In this document: positions 23,915 through 36,071 of the stretch, one piece after another | How the letters are laid out: the number at the start of each line of letters is the position of its first letter | Numbering within the stretch: the first letter of the stretch is position 1 | Origin: Eledone cirrhosa | Taxonomy: Eukaryota | Length of the DNA: 64,000 nucleotides | Assembly (NCBI GenBank): GCA_964016885.1 | Contig: OZ024741.1 | Span: 372,558,001-372,622,000, forward strand | Direction: 5' to 3' | Translations under genes and position numbers: made by a program | The notes under the pieces: model-generated | The model's database searches: none | Told to the model about the DNA's origin: nothing | Seen by the model: only the letters and a program-made list of their open reading frames with translations

Positions 23915-26283
23915 TTTACCTTGTTCGCTTGTTCGGGGAGAGTGGCGAGTCAGAGAGAGTAGCGGATTTCAGTCTCTACCTTGACGGCTTGCCGCGCATT
24001 TCGACGGTCGACGCTGAGCGCTGCGAAAGGCCGATTACTTCAGCCGAAATTCAGGACGCCCTTGTCGGCTGCATGAGGCGTAAGTCACCCGGTTTGGATG
24101 GCCTGCCCTACGAGCTTTACGTAAATATGCCAGACTTGTTCTCCGATCTCCTCGAAGCACCCTACTGCAACTGGCAGCAGAATGGGAGTATTCCCAGTTC
24201 TGTGAGCAGGGGAGTGGTGACGCTGATAAGGAAAGACGAGAACAAGAGGGATATATTAGACAACTTCAGGCCCATAACTCTGCTCAACACAGAGTTTAAG
24301 ATTTTGGCCAAGGTGTTAGCAAAGAGATTGGCGCTTGTCGTCGAGGATTTGGTTGGGGAGGCGCAAACTTGTGCAATCCCAGCCAGGTCCATACACGACA
24401 ATCTCCACCTCATGCGATACATCATAGAGAGGGTATGGTGTAAACCTGGCTTCGGTGGGGCACTGATCAATTTAGATCAATTGAAAGCATTCGATAGGGT
24501 CGTCCTCAGAGCAGCTGGCTTTGGCCCTGTCTTCAGAAGCTGGATCGTTGCAATGCACAGCGGCACACGCTCGGTGGTCAAGGGTAATGGCCACCTCTCG
24601 GAACCATTTCGGCTCTCCCGATCGGTCCGTCAAGGGTGCCCTCTCTCTTCCCTTCTGTACGTATTGACTCTCGAGCCTTTACTGCAGAAGCTGGAGCTGC
24701 TGCAGGGCATCCCGCTCGAACCGGGACGTGGAAGGGCGGTGTCGGCTTATGCGGACGACATCACCATGATGGTGTCGAACACCTCAGAGATCGAGGTGGT
24801 CGGCACCTTATTGAAGAAATATGAAAGGTTGACAGGAGCCAAACTTAACCCGGAAAAGTCGGTGGGCTTGCAGCTCGGAACCTGGAGAGGCAGGCCCATG
24901 CCATCTAACAGCGTCGTGGGGCGCTGGACGGACGGACCGGTAAAGTTGCTCGGGGTTTGGTTCGGACCAGACCTCCAGGTGGAAAAGAATTGGGACGAGG
25001 TAACGAGCAGAGTAGCCAGTCTCACCCAAAAATGGGCTGGGAGGAAGCTATCACTGAAAGGTCGCGCGGAGGTGGCGAATGCGTACATCGCGTCCGTCAT
25101 CTACTACCGCCTGACCGTCGTGCCTTGCCCCCGTCCGCGCCTCGTCAAGTTGGAACGGCTCCTCTTCAAATTCTTGTGGAGGGGACAAGTTCCGTTGGTG
25201 AGGCGGTTCATCTGCTGCCAGCACCCTCTACGCGGAGGGCTGGGTGTGCCGTGGCTAATGATGCGCAGACATGCGTTGAGGCTGCGACATCTCCAGATAT
25301 TCTGCCACAACGGTGAACAGGTGTGGTCGCCGTTTATCAGACGGGCCTTTCTGCAGGTCATTTCTTTGACTGAGCTGCAGTCCTGGGTCAAGAAGAGACC
25401 GAGACTGGGTGACTGGCACCTGGAATGTTGCCAGGCACTCACTGCCCTCTACCAAGCGGACAAATGCGATCACTGGAACTTCCACTCTCGAGTTCTATAG
25501 AGGTTTAGTGGTGGGCAAGTGCGATGACGCACTCGGAGAAGCTTTGGGCCTCGACGAAGTCGAACTGACCAGTCTGTACCGGAGGACTTTCGAGCCGGGG
25601 ACGATGGACAATTTCCAGAAATCCCTCGCTTGGCAGTGCTACCGGGGGGGGGGGGGGGGCACTGCCGGTTCGGGATAAACTCTACAGGCACGGAATTGCT
25701 GTCAGACGAACCTGCCCAAGATGCGCACAGAACGACGAAACCGTTCTGCACGCACTTGTCCAATGTCCGTGCATTACTGACTTGTGGAGTTATGTCGAAC
25801 AGCTACTGTCGCGTGTGGAACGAATCCGGCTATCGGCCGAGTCCATAGTGAAGATCGACCCACCGCCTTCCTTAGGTTAGGAAGAGCAGGAAATTTTCCT
25901 CTGTCTGGTGGCAGTTGCGAAAGAGGTTATATGGTGGACCAGGTTAAAAGGACTGAAGACAGACATTTTTCTCTTCGGCCAATCCCTCATCAACTTCTTC
26001 AAGTTTCACCTGGAAAGGAAGGTGAGGGTGGAGAGAGAAGTGCTACCGCCCCCCCCCCCCCAGTACATTTGCTGAAAGGTGGATGAATGTGGCGAGAATG
26101 GCTCGTGTGAATGGGCCTACTCTGACCATGCGCCTATAGGCTAGCTAACTTGAGGAGGGGGGTGCTCTCCAAAATAAATTCCCCTTATTGTAAACCCCCA
26201 CTGTCCCTGTCTTTGTATTGTCCCCTACATGTCGGCCCTTGTGGTTAATAAATGAAATCATTATTATTATTATTGTTATTAAT
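23915..26283 (+). mobile_element. 5'-truncated L1/Tx1-clade LINE nested in the RTE 3'UTR
   Basis: KSPGLDGLP, FRPITLLN, QGCPLS, YADD, LLGVWF; frameshifted C-terminal CPRC...HALVQC knuckle; AATAAA at 26247 then (TTA)n tail. Confidence 0.88.
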
Positions 26284-26422
26284 ATATATGTATATATATA
26301 TTTTTTCTCGTGCAATGGCCATACTCGATAACGAAGGGGCAGCCATCATGTATGCATGTATGTATGTATGTATGTATGTATGTATGTATGTATGTATGTA
26401 TGTATGTATGTATGTATGTTAT

Positions 26423-26910
26423 GTCAAGTCGCTCTCGAGTGCTACTGGCAACATGTAACCCAGTACAACCTGGTGCATGGTCGGGACGTGGGCGACCAAA
26501 CCGGCAACCCCGCCAAGCTTGCTTGGCGAGGAGGGTGATATTTGGACACATAGCAGAGTCAACGGCCATCCAAATAGTGCTTATTTTTTAAACCTGGGAG
26601 TGAAAGGCCCCGAGTTGTTGTCACAACACCTTTCTAGGAGAGGGGAAACTCTGAAAAAAAAAAAACCTGCGGCTTCGGAAGCATCCGATGGTGTTGACCA
26701 GTTCTCCTTTTCGGGTAGCGTTTTCGATGCTCAGAGAGTGGGATTGGTCGAGTGCAAGGCTTTTCCCCACTTAAAAAAGCTTCAAAGCACAGGCATTGCT
26801 TGTTAGGATCTGTTACAGGTTCATGTGGCTGGCGGTAGCCTAAAAGTGCACCAAACTCTATAATCTGACAAGCGATTGCAATTTTCTTAGCAGAGTTTGT
26901 AGCCATTATG
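26423..26910 (+). mobile_element. Non-autonomous bipartite RTE-derived element, copy 2
   Basis: Homology to copies 1 and 3; (TATG)n on both sides. Confidence 0.7.
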
Positions 26911-27299
26911 TATGTATGTATGTATGTATGTATGTATGTATGTATGTATGTATGTATGCATGCTCTAATCTTACACCAAACCCTTACCACCCTCAACCTT
27001 CCGACATTTGTAGTGAGGTACGGTTAACTTCTTTTTTTGCCCACTTAATCCTGAGAGGCTCGAGGGAATAGAGTCATCAAGCACGCTCTCCAGTGGGTCC
27101 TGTCAGAAGCAGCCGGCTCCAATTGATCCAGCTGGATACCCAAGCGAGACCAGCCGAGCTCATGGATGTCAACTGCCCCTGGCTCTCCTACCAGTTGGTT
27201 TGACTCGTAAAATCAGTCCAGCGTTTTTTTCCTAAGAAATTCTGACCACTTATCCGTTGTATTGGAGCTGTGCTTTTTCAATTCGGATAAGAAGTGGCT

Positions 27300-27520
27300 C
27301 TACTTGGAGATGTAAGGATATTAGCAAATCCAAATCTAGCTGATGAATAGTATGGTTTTCGCCCCGGATGCAGCACAGCCGGCCAACTATTCACACTGCG
27401 GTAGGTCTTTGAGAAATCGTGGGAATATTACCAAGAGGTGTATAATTGATTCGTAGAACTCGAAAAGGCATATGACCGCGTTCCACGGGACCTGTTGTGG
27501 AAGGTTCTGCAGGAGTAAGG
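27300..27520 (+). pseudogene. RT fragment (RTE-like)
   Basis: YGFRPGCSTAGQLFTLR*VFEKSWEY...LEKAYDRVPRDLLWKVLQE with stops. Confidence 0.75.
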
Positions 27521-27732
27521 TTAACTAAAAATAGAATAATTTCCAACGATTTTAAATATCAGATTCGTTGAAAACACACAACTGTAAAGAAAACTCTGAG
27601 AGTCGTTTTCGACAGGTTTGGAGGTCAGATGAAACATATATATATGTGCGTGGATATTCGGCAAAATGATGTTGTGAGATAGCCGAACATACATGATCTG
27701 TATACCGACTAATTAAGCAAAAATAGACGACG

Positions 27733-27780
<48 letters not shown>

Positions 27781-27784
<4 letters not shown>

Positions 27785-28523
27785 GAATAATCGAGAATCG
27801 GAAAAACAGCTCACGAATTAACGATGAACAATATCCGACATGTGTGGCAGAGGGCTCAATAATTTGGATAAATCAGAGCTATAACCATCGTTAAATTACC
27901 AGCACATAGAGATTATGCCTAAAATCACCCGTGCAGCCGAAAAAGAACGACCAGAAAGATTCGGGTCACTCAAATAAAATATCAATAAATCAATAAATTA
28001 AATGAATGTAAAAAAAAAAACTCACCCGGACCCGCTAGAAACGTGTTAAATCTAGCTTCTTGGGTTTCTGCAATTCCTTAATCCAATCACTATCAGCCCA
28101 CATAAAAAATATATAAGACTTCTAGAGAAGGGGTGGACGCGGAAGAGCTTTCTCAACGAGATTCCGTCCGACAATAAAGAGGAGACCTATAGCCAAAAAG
28201 CACATGGTACTCAGCAAGGGAGATAACCTCTATATTAGCGAAAGATTTCGGTGATGTGCAAATTATGTAAGAATACAAAATATCACATATCGAATCAGAG
28301 TGCTCAACAGACGTGTTAAAATAAACAGGAGCTATTCATCAGTCAATAAGATCGACAAAAAAATAATCAATAAAATTAACTGGTCAATAGCTAAGGTCTA
28401 GAGCTAAATATAGTAGAATAATCGAGAATCGGAAAAACAGCTCACGAATTAACGATAAACAATATCCGACATGTGTGGCAGAGGGCTCAATAATTTGGAT
28501 AAATCAGAGCTATAACCATCGTT
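27781..28523 (-). mobile_element. Non-coding element in (TA)n with 113-bp direct terminal repeats (period 630 bp), Penelope/retrozyme-like
   Basis: 27781-27893 is almost identical to 28411-28523; degenerate CTGATGA hammerhead-like motif on the minus strand at about 28300-28350. Confidence 0.6.
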
Positions 28524-28581
28524 ATATATATATATGTAAAAGAAATCAAAGAACGCTTACATACTCAAACAGTTTTTATTT

Positions 28582-28627
28582 GCTTATAATGTTTCATCCA
28601 TACCGTTGGGTAGGAATCATCAGAGCT
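28582..28627 (-). ncRNA. Minimal hammerhead ribozyme motif
   Basis: Reverse complement: gct CTGATGA ttcc tacc caac ggta tgga t GAAA catta TA agc, followed by AATAAA; stem III carries a mismatch. Confidence 0.6.
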
Positions 28628-29296
28628 TAATACACACAGTGCTGAGTATAAGCTCTACCAAGCTTAGTCACACGAACAATCGGAATACAATAGAGGGTAA
28701 AGATAGGGAGATCGGAGATGGCGAATAAGGAGAGAGTACATGCTGGGGTTGTTAAGCACCACAGCTAAATGCTAGGGCACAAGCAGATCTCACAAGATGC
28801 AGATACAATTGATGGCACACAAAATCAAAAAATACAAACAATGGTTAAAACATAATGAAAAAGTAAAAGGAGGATAATATAAAAAGATAAAAAGTGAATA
28901 AAAAGGTAAAAGATTTTTTAAAAATTGAAAAAAGAAAGAAGAAAAAAGAAAAAAAGAGTTTTAAGCACATAAAAAAGCCAGAGGAATTAAAGCGCTGGTC
29001 CCTATATAAGTGAATAGGATCTCACTAATATGTTCTTAAGGTACATCCAGAAAGACCACAGTAGTTAAAATCCCCTCCATGGTATACATATACAAGGTAT
29101 ACTGGTAGGTACCTAAATTACGTAGCCCAAGGGTGTTCTAGAAGCATATAGACAGGCAACACATAAATGCAAGCTATACATAAGCGAAGTGGGGTCATTT
29201 AAACGGCTCTGTTCTCGTACATTGAGCTAATACAATACCGTCAAAATATAACACGGTGCGTGTGTTTATACACATACACTTCGTGCTATACGTACG

Positions 29297-29389
<93 letters not shown>

Positions 29390-29420
29390 GAGTGTTCGGC
29401 AAACAGGAGATAGTTGCACA

Positions 29421-30224
29421 TAGAAATATCTGGCGTACTCAAACTACCTACCTGGTTTCTGCGACCTGGGTGAAGATGGCCATCTGCAAAAACAAACCTC
29501 GTCAGGTAGACTGTCTCGGCGTATCATATTGTACATGAGCTTATACCTCCAATTTTATCATTACTTTTCGATGGATTTGGAAGTCAGATTCGTTGAAAAC
29601 ACACGATAAAACATAGAAAAGAAAGAAAAAAATCTCACCATACCAAACTCCGAAGAACCCTTCTCCAACCCCTTACCATTTTCGATTGTGAGTGAGATGG
29701 AGGTCAGATTCGTTAAAAACACGAAAAACCTATAGATAAAACAATTTCTAACCGACCCACAACGGCTAGTTTTCTATAAATTTAAGTAGCAGAGGGATGC
29801 TTATTTGTAATTCCGGGGGGACCCTCTTCTTGGAGGGTTGGAGGTTAGAAGAGTTGGAGGTTAGAATCGTTGAAAACACGAAAAAAAAAAAAATAGTAAA
29901 AACAAAATAAAAATCCGACAAAAGAAAACTCACCGTTTTCGGGGAAAAAAGTCGATTGCAGAAAAAAAAAATTAAAAAAGTAATTTCCTCACACCGACTC
30001 CCGGCGGATGCTTTTTACCCGGTGTTCTTCCAAACGAACACTGAGCACAGTTCTAAAGCGGAATCTATTTGTTGCTTCATGGTCCTGGCGAATGCGTTGC
30101 CCTGGAGGATAGCGTGGAAGATACGCCGAGACAGTCTACCTGACGAGGTTCGTTTTTGCAGATGGCCAACTTCACCCAGATCGCAGAAAGCAGGTAGGTA
30201 GTTTGCGTACGCCAGATATTTCTA
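29421..30224. mobile_element. Non-autonomous DNA transposon with ~105-bp TIRs
   Basis: TAGAAATATCTGGCGTAC...CTCGGCGTATC (29421-29525) mirrored at 30120-30224; the terminal TA may be the TSD. Confidence 0.85.
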
Positions 30225-30299
30225 CCGCTTTGGGTTTGATGAAAAACTTATTGGTGATTTCTGGCTCACACATAAATTAATTTATTCAAAAGCAAAAAA

Positions 30300-31370
30300 C
30301 AAACTTTATTTAGTAAGGAAAAATAAAAAAAGGGGAAACAAAAGGAAAGAAAGAATAGGGAAATATATATATTAAAAAAAAGAGAAAGAAAGAAGAAAAA
30401 ATGGGAAAGAGAGGGGATGACAAGAACTCTGGTGTCGCAGAAGAGAGAGGTTGAGGGGGAGGGGAATTGGGCTTTGGGCCTAGGGCAAGAGGGCAGGAGT
30501 GCTGCGCCCCGCGGACAAGATGGCAGGCAAAAGCATTATCTCGGACGATGGCCAGTGACACCCGCTGCAACAGTCACCCAACCTCGCGGGGCTCCCTCCT
30601 CAGACGGGCCGCCGACGTTCTGATCTCGCGGAGGAACTCGGCAGTACGGGGTCTGGCTGATGCTTTGTCAGTTTACAATTTTCAAACTGTTTGGTAAAAT
30701 AGCCTGGATCTGATGTTGATTTTAGCAGGTGGCTACAGGAGAGAGTATCGCAATTCCCTCGGTTTAACCATGCCGCCATTTTCAGCTGTAATGGGGGAGC
30801 CAGCTGCGTCAAAGAATGTGCAACCGCGTGTCGGGTGAGGGCTTCAGAACATTCTGAGTGGAGCAGTGCCACCCAGTGCTGCTTACACCCCACCCTCTTA
30901 TCGATGGCCTGACTGCTTAGACACAACTCTTTAATACCTAGCAGAAATCAATGATGTCCTTAGTCATCCCATTGTAACGCTTAATACCAATTACATGTGC
31001 ACCAAAAACTTACCTTATTTCATAGAAAATTTACTAACTGTTCCGATCACATTTCAGTAAGAGCCAGATTGATTCTAAATAATTGTTTCTACTTTTGGCA
31101 CAAGGCCAACAATTACCCCGTAAGGATGAAAGGCAATGTTAACCTCGGTAGGATTTGAACCCAGATCATAAAGGGCCGTAACTCTACGCTGCAAAACATG
31201 GACCCTCTACCGATACTGCCAATCCACCGCCCTTAAAATTGCGTTCCCATGCCGGGAATTGATTCTAAATAATCCCAGAATTCGTCCACCCAGTCATTTC
31301 TATGCTCTTGCCAGCTTAGTAATGTGCGCACAAAATGACTCATATTGATATCTAGGTCACATATTCATTG
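30300..31370 (-). mobile_element. Second CRE-like remnant, inverted relative to 18100-19990
   Basis: AAWLN...DTLSCSHLLKSTSDPG...LLQRVSLAIVRDNA on the minus strand; shared non-coding 5' block. Confidence 0.65.
31084..31257 (-). mobile_element. tRNA SINE inserted in the CRE-like copy
   Basis: 16-bp TSD ATTGATTCTAAATAAT at 31068-31083 and 31258-31273. Confidence 0.85.
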
Positions 31371-31379
31371 AGAGCGGCA

Positions 31380-31720
31380 TGCAACAGAGAGTGGAGTCCA
31401 AAAGCATCTACCGTAGAACAACAACAGTTTAATGGAAATGCCAACATGTAAATAGTCGCTTTCCAATTACATGGGTACGAGTTAATCGTGTGAATATAGT
31501 GTTCAACGAGGCATCGCTCAGAGACAATGTGGTGGAGTTGGCGCCGCAGTATTTCCTCCGACTGCTTCCTCTTTGTATAGGTTTCTGTTGCGACCTCTGG
31601 TGTCTTTGGTCCCCGCACTGCTGATTTCCGCCGCAAAGGGAACCCCACTGGCTGTTGCAGCAGGTGTCTCTGGTAACGTCTTCGCGGTAAGGTTTTTCGC
31701 GGTAACGTTTTTGCCATTTT
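31380..31720. mobile_element. Possible MULE-type transposon remnant
   Basis: Short tandem GGTAA(C/G)GT..TTCGC subrepeats at 31672-31715; minus-frame KRKQSEEILRRQLHHIVSE...HYIHTI loosely resembles MULE transposase C-termini. Confidence 0.3.
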
Positions 31721-32081
31721 GTCGGCGGGGCGCGACTGAGGCACCGCTCAAACTGAGTGTAGTGACTGCTCCTTTCCCACGCATTTTCTTTCGTCGCTTG
31801 ATCCTTCTTTCCTTTTGTGCCCCCTTTATAGCGTGTTTTGTTTTTCTTAGATACTGCTTAATATGTACTTGTACTTTACATTGATTAATAAACATGCATT
31901 ATTGTTATTGTAAAAAAATACAAAAAAGAAACAACAACCTACTTACATATATTACATGAAAGCATGCACAAACACAGAGAAATTTAAATATAGATAGATA
32001 GATATTCAGAAAAATATCTATCAAACGAATCAGACATATGAATTAAAGGGGAATAATTCAATATTGCCCAAGTTGTGCTTG

Positions 32082-32120
32082 ATCACGTGATATATTCACA
32101 TGCTTTAGTAAATATGGCGG
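32082..32120. promoter_or_regulatory. Candidate promoter: palindromic E-box and YY1-like motif
   Basis: ATCACGTGAT at 32082-32091 and AAATATGGCGG at 32110-32120, about 100 bp upstream of the exon-1 ATG. Confidence 0.5.
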
Positions 32121-32214
32121 TCGCTGCTTGTATTCTTGTGAGTGAAACTTGGATATTTACGGTGCAATAAAGAAAGCAGCTTGAATTTTGATATAGAGAT
32201 ATATTTTGTTATAA

Positions 32215-32263
32215 ATGGCCTTGACAAAGAAGGAAGCTTACAATATACAAGAGTTGCCTATTG
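32215..32263 (+). pseudogene. Degenerate DnaJ J-domain gene, exon 1 (MALTKKEAYNIQELPI-)
   Basis: ATG at 32215; G|GTAAGT phase-1 donor; resembles J-domain helix I (T..EAY.IL.L). Confidence 0.7.
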
Positions 32264-32355
32264 GTAAGTGACAACAAATGTCTCATATAAATATATATGC
32301 ATGTATATACGGGTATATGTAGTCATTTATATATGTACGCATGCATAAACATATG

Positions 32356-32398
<43 letters not shown>

Positions 32399-33377
32399 GC
32401 ACGCCCACACACACATGCACAATCAAAATATGAATACATTTATTTTCAGTGTTATTGCTTGTTGATAATGCTTATGTGCATACATCGCAATACAGCTTGT
32501 AATGTGTTCGCGCGACCTGCTTGAAATAGCAAACAAATCAATCACACCATACATCCATAAAAATAGAATGACACCCTGCACAATGTAGTCCTAGCTATAC
32601 AAAGACAGTCGTCATGACTGGAATGCCTTTGGTATAGATCTACAGATCTACTTAAGCAAGGCTGACTTAAAGCTAAACAATAACACAAACATTTGTTCGC
32701 TGTTTGCAAACAGCGGTGAATCACTATGAGTGAAATAAGTAAAAGAAAGGAATATATCAACCGACAGGCGCTTCTTGGTCACATACATACCTACTAACAG
32801 AAGACGGTGCCTATGTTAACAAAATCAATCTTCACTTAAAACAATTTAACGCGAGAACCATTACATGGTTCCATCCTGCTAGAAATAGCAGGCAAATCTT
32901 CAAGTTAAAAAAGGAAGAGCACTATGATTTACGTTATGTAAAAAAAAAAAAAAAAATTGGGAAGGGTGTGGTTGGAACGCTTTTCATCGTAGTTGTGTTG
33001 GATCAGGGCTGAGTTAGGCCTAAACAACAACAAAATGAGATGCCGTGCTGGATTTTCGTTTGATCTTATGAAAGCTATTGATAGTTTACATAACGCCTTT
33101 GAGATAATAGAACTAAAGCAGTATGACCCGTGTTGCTTCTAAACTGAGCTGATTTAAAAAAAATGTCATTTACAATTTCGTGTATCATACCGTGTAGACC
33201 TCTCGTCCCCCGCCCACCCCACATATTTCATTTTATTCTCATTTAAAACATCAACTCACACGCACCTCGCTAAACCAACTCACCCTCTCTCTTTACATTT
33301 TTACATCGAAAATGAAATCAACATGAAAAAATCAGCTGAGTTTACACACAATGCCTATGTGTATCTATATCTATATA

Positions 33378-33536
33378 CAGTGAAATTCCATTATAACGAA
33401 ATCCACGGGGTATAAAAAATTTCGCTGTAACGAAAAATTCTTTATAACGATATCGACCTAAAACATCGACCGTGTGGCCGGAGATCGAAAAAAATTTCGT
33501 TATACTGAAAAATTCGTTATAACGGAATTTTACCTG
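33378..33536. mobile_element. Tc1/mariner (pogo/Tigger-like) MITE
   Basis: TA|CAGTGAAATTCCATTATAACGAA...TTCGTTATAACGGAATTTTACCTG|TA. Confidence 0.85.
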
Positions 33537-34521
33537 TATCTTAATATAACATGGCATTCACGACTGTTTGTTTTAATATATCTGTCAGTGCTATATTGTT
33601 TGTTTTTTTGTTTTCATTTTTGGAACTGTAATGTTTACCAGTTTTGTTCTGATGACGGTCTTTCTTTAAATTGTTTTATATTTTCGTAGCATTCCAGCAC
33701 TCCCCCCACTCTCTCTCTTGTTTGAAAAAGCTTTGCTCACTTGGCCGATGAAAAGCATGTGCTTTTCAAAGGCTTTGTTCAGTTAGGAATGAAAAGCATT
33801 CTGGACTTTTCGCCCCATTTGTATTCTTTAAATTGCAAGCTGCATTGAATGAACACGTATACAAATGGATAATTGTGTATTCAATATGCATGTTTGTGTG
33901 ACTGCAATGTTATGTTACACGATTCTATCTATCTAGCATATATTACATTCAGACCGACATTTACCTGTCTAGATTTCTGTCTATCTGTCAAGTTCTCTCT
34001 CTCTCTCTCTCTCTATTCATTCAGCGAATGACAGTTATGTAAAACATGTATTAACCATAAGTCAATGTCACCATATTATTACTTAGTCCCCCATCAGCCC
34101 AAATCGAGCAGACCTTTGGTCAAATCCATCCTAGAAGTATGTCGTCTTGTTATGCTGATTTGAGAATCTCTATCTTGATTGGTAGTATTTCATATTTAAA
34201 ATGCCATAAAATAGAGAGCTTACCACAACAACAACAAAAGTATAATTAACAACTTTTTATCTACTGGCGAATTTGGCTGAGACGTTAGAGCGGCAGTATT
34301 TGTTCAGGCTCTATGTACTCTGACTTCAAAATTTGCTGGGGTCAATATATTTTTTTTCATCCTTTTACGGTCGATAGATATTATACCATGTCCTGGGTTG
34401 GCAGAATTGTTAAAACGGCAGACAAGATGATTTGTGATATCTGATTTGGCTGTGTGTATTCTGAATTCAAATCTCACATATTACTGCACCACCATCAGAT
34501 ATTGTAAGCAATGGAAACCTA

Positions 34522-34715
34522 CGAGGGGCGGCTGAAAAGTTCATAGGCTGACCAAGATACTCGTGAAATGAATTAGAGGTTTATTTTTCAACATAGTCCC
34601 TGGAAAGAAACAATGCAGTTAATTATAAGAAGAGTTGAAATTAATGCATGCGAGATTTCCCAGCTCTAGCATCGATCCCACATAGCCAACCTGTGAACCT
34701 TTCAGTCGATTCTCG
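34522..34715. mobile_element. Mariner-type MITE, copy 1
   Basis: TA|CGAGGGGCGGCTGAAAAGTTCA...TGAACCTTTCAGTCGATTCTCG|TA; homologous to 54026-54222 and 60507-60699. Confidence 0.85.
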
Positions 34716-35242
34716 TAGTTTCCTTGGTCCAATCTGACGATCAGCCCCTTTCCTTTTTGACCCTTGAACTGTACCGTTTCTTCACAAAGCCTATGTGAAA
34801 AGCTGAATATATAAAATCTTTAAATTTCTCTACCCCTAAAACTTCACTGTTCCTGCAAGGAGCAGTTAATGTGTTTTTACAAGTGGTGACATATCCTGCT
34901 AAATACCTACATAGTATATATCTTAACGTCTCATTGTTTCACATTCAAATTCAGCATGATAAAATTAGTACTTACTTATAATATGATTGATTACTTCAAG
35001 TATATATTTTTCTTTGACTAATAGGCAAAGTTATAAACTATTGTAAATAAACCTGTTGAACTCATAAAAAAAATAAATAAAACCTAGACAATAGAAATCA
35101 CCATTAATTATAATGTTTAACGAAGTGCATTGCAGTATTTGTTCTGGCTCTTTATGTTTTGAGCTTAAATCCTGCTGAGGTCAACTTTGCCTTTTATCCT
35201 TTCAGGAATTGATATAATCAGTACAAGTTGACTTTGTATTAA

Positions 35243-35714
35243 CTCTAACATTACCAACTTGGCTAAAACCAGCTCTTGTTCTATGAAACAAAACCACTTA
35301 TTTAAAAAGGTTGTTATTTAAATTGAAATCTTCCAACATAATTTTATATAAGAACCACATGTAAGTTAATATCTTAGTTATGAAATGATAATTATTTTTG
35401 TAAATTATTAAAGATTCATCATTAATTGACCCTTTCATTATGATATTTCTAATGAAAAATGTCTATAATTTAGAAAATATCTAGAATTTAGAGAGATTTA
35501 GTTGCATAGTTAACTTTCTCACTATAAAGCTGGTGTTTGAGACATAAGAAAGGTTCTTACTCAACACGATGTTGGAAGGGTTTTAGATAAATATAAAATT
35601 TTAGAATAAAGTTTTGTAACACAGAACCAGAAGTAGTTTTAGACGTTTTGGTATATAAAAAATTTAAATGAAATAGGTATAATATATCTTGTTAGAATTA
35701 TAGTCATGAAAGAG
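35243..35714. mobile_element. Degenerate piggyBac-like MITE
   Basis: TTAA|CTCT...AGAG|TTAA ends; internal similarity to about 42340-42500. Confidence 0.45.
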
Positions 35715-36071
35715 TTAAAGGCAGCATTATATTCTCTGTTTTGTTTTCATTTCAGACTTTATGATAATGTGTAGTTAACATTGTGATAGTGTAGCTCAAT
35801 TGGTAGAGAACAACGATTGAGACGAAGGGGTTACAGTTTCAAATTTCCAGTGTTTACCCCACTCTCAGCAGGATACCTTCTCTTATGAGTAGTGCAGTTT
35901 ATGTGGTAAGTAATTTGCTGGGTTCCACTTGGTATTCTGAATGTTCCCTTGTTTTCTTTTCTTTTTCTGCACTATCCCATTTACAGCTAACATTCAAACA
36001 CAAGGATTGCCCTTAATTTACTGAATTATCAAAATCTTCCTGTGTATAAATATAATATATATATATTTATA

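Noticed and set aside
23788-23915. Hydrophobic N-terminus (signal or TM segment) on the 570-aa RT ORF
   Set aside because: Microsatellite flank read in frame into a 5'-truncated LINE.
33649-33690. CTGATGA as a hammerhead (also at about 7176, 17771, 19520)
   Set aside because: No downstream stem II/GAAA/NUH arrangement.
35785-35856. tRNA gene
   Set aside because: A-box is present, but the acceptor stem and T-arm do not pair; at most a relic. The same applies to the SINE heads.
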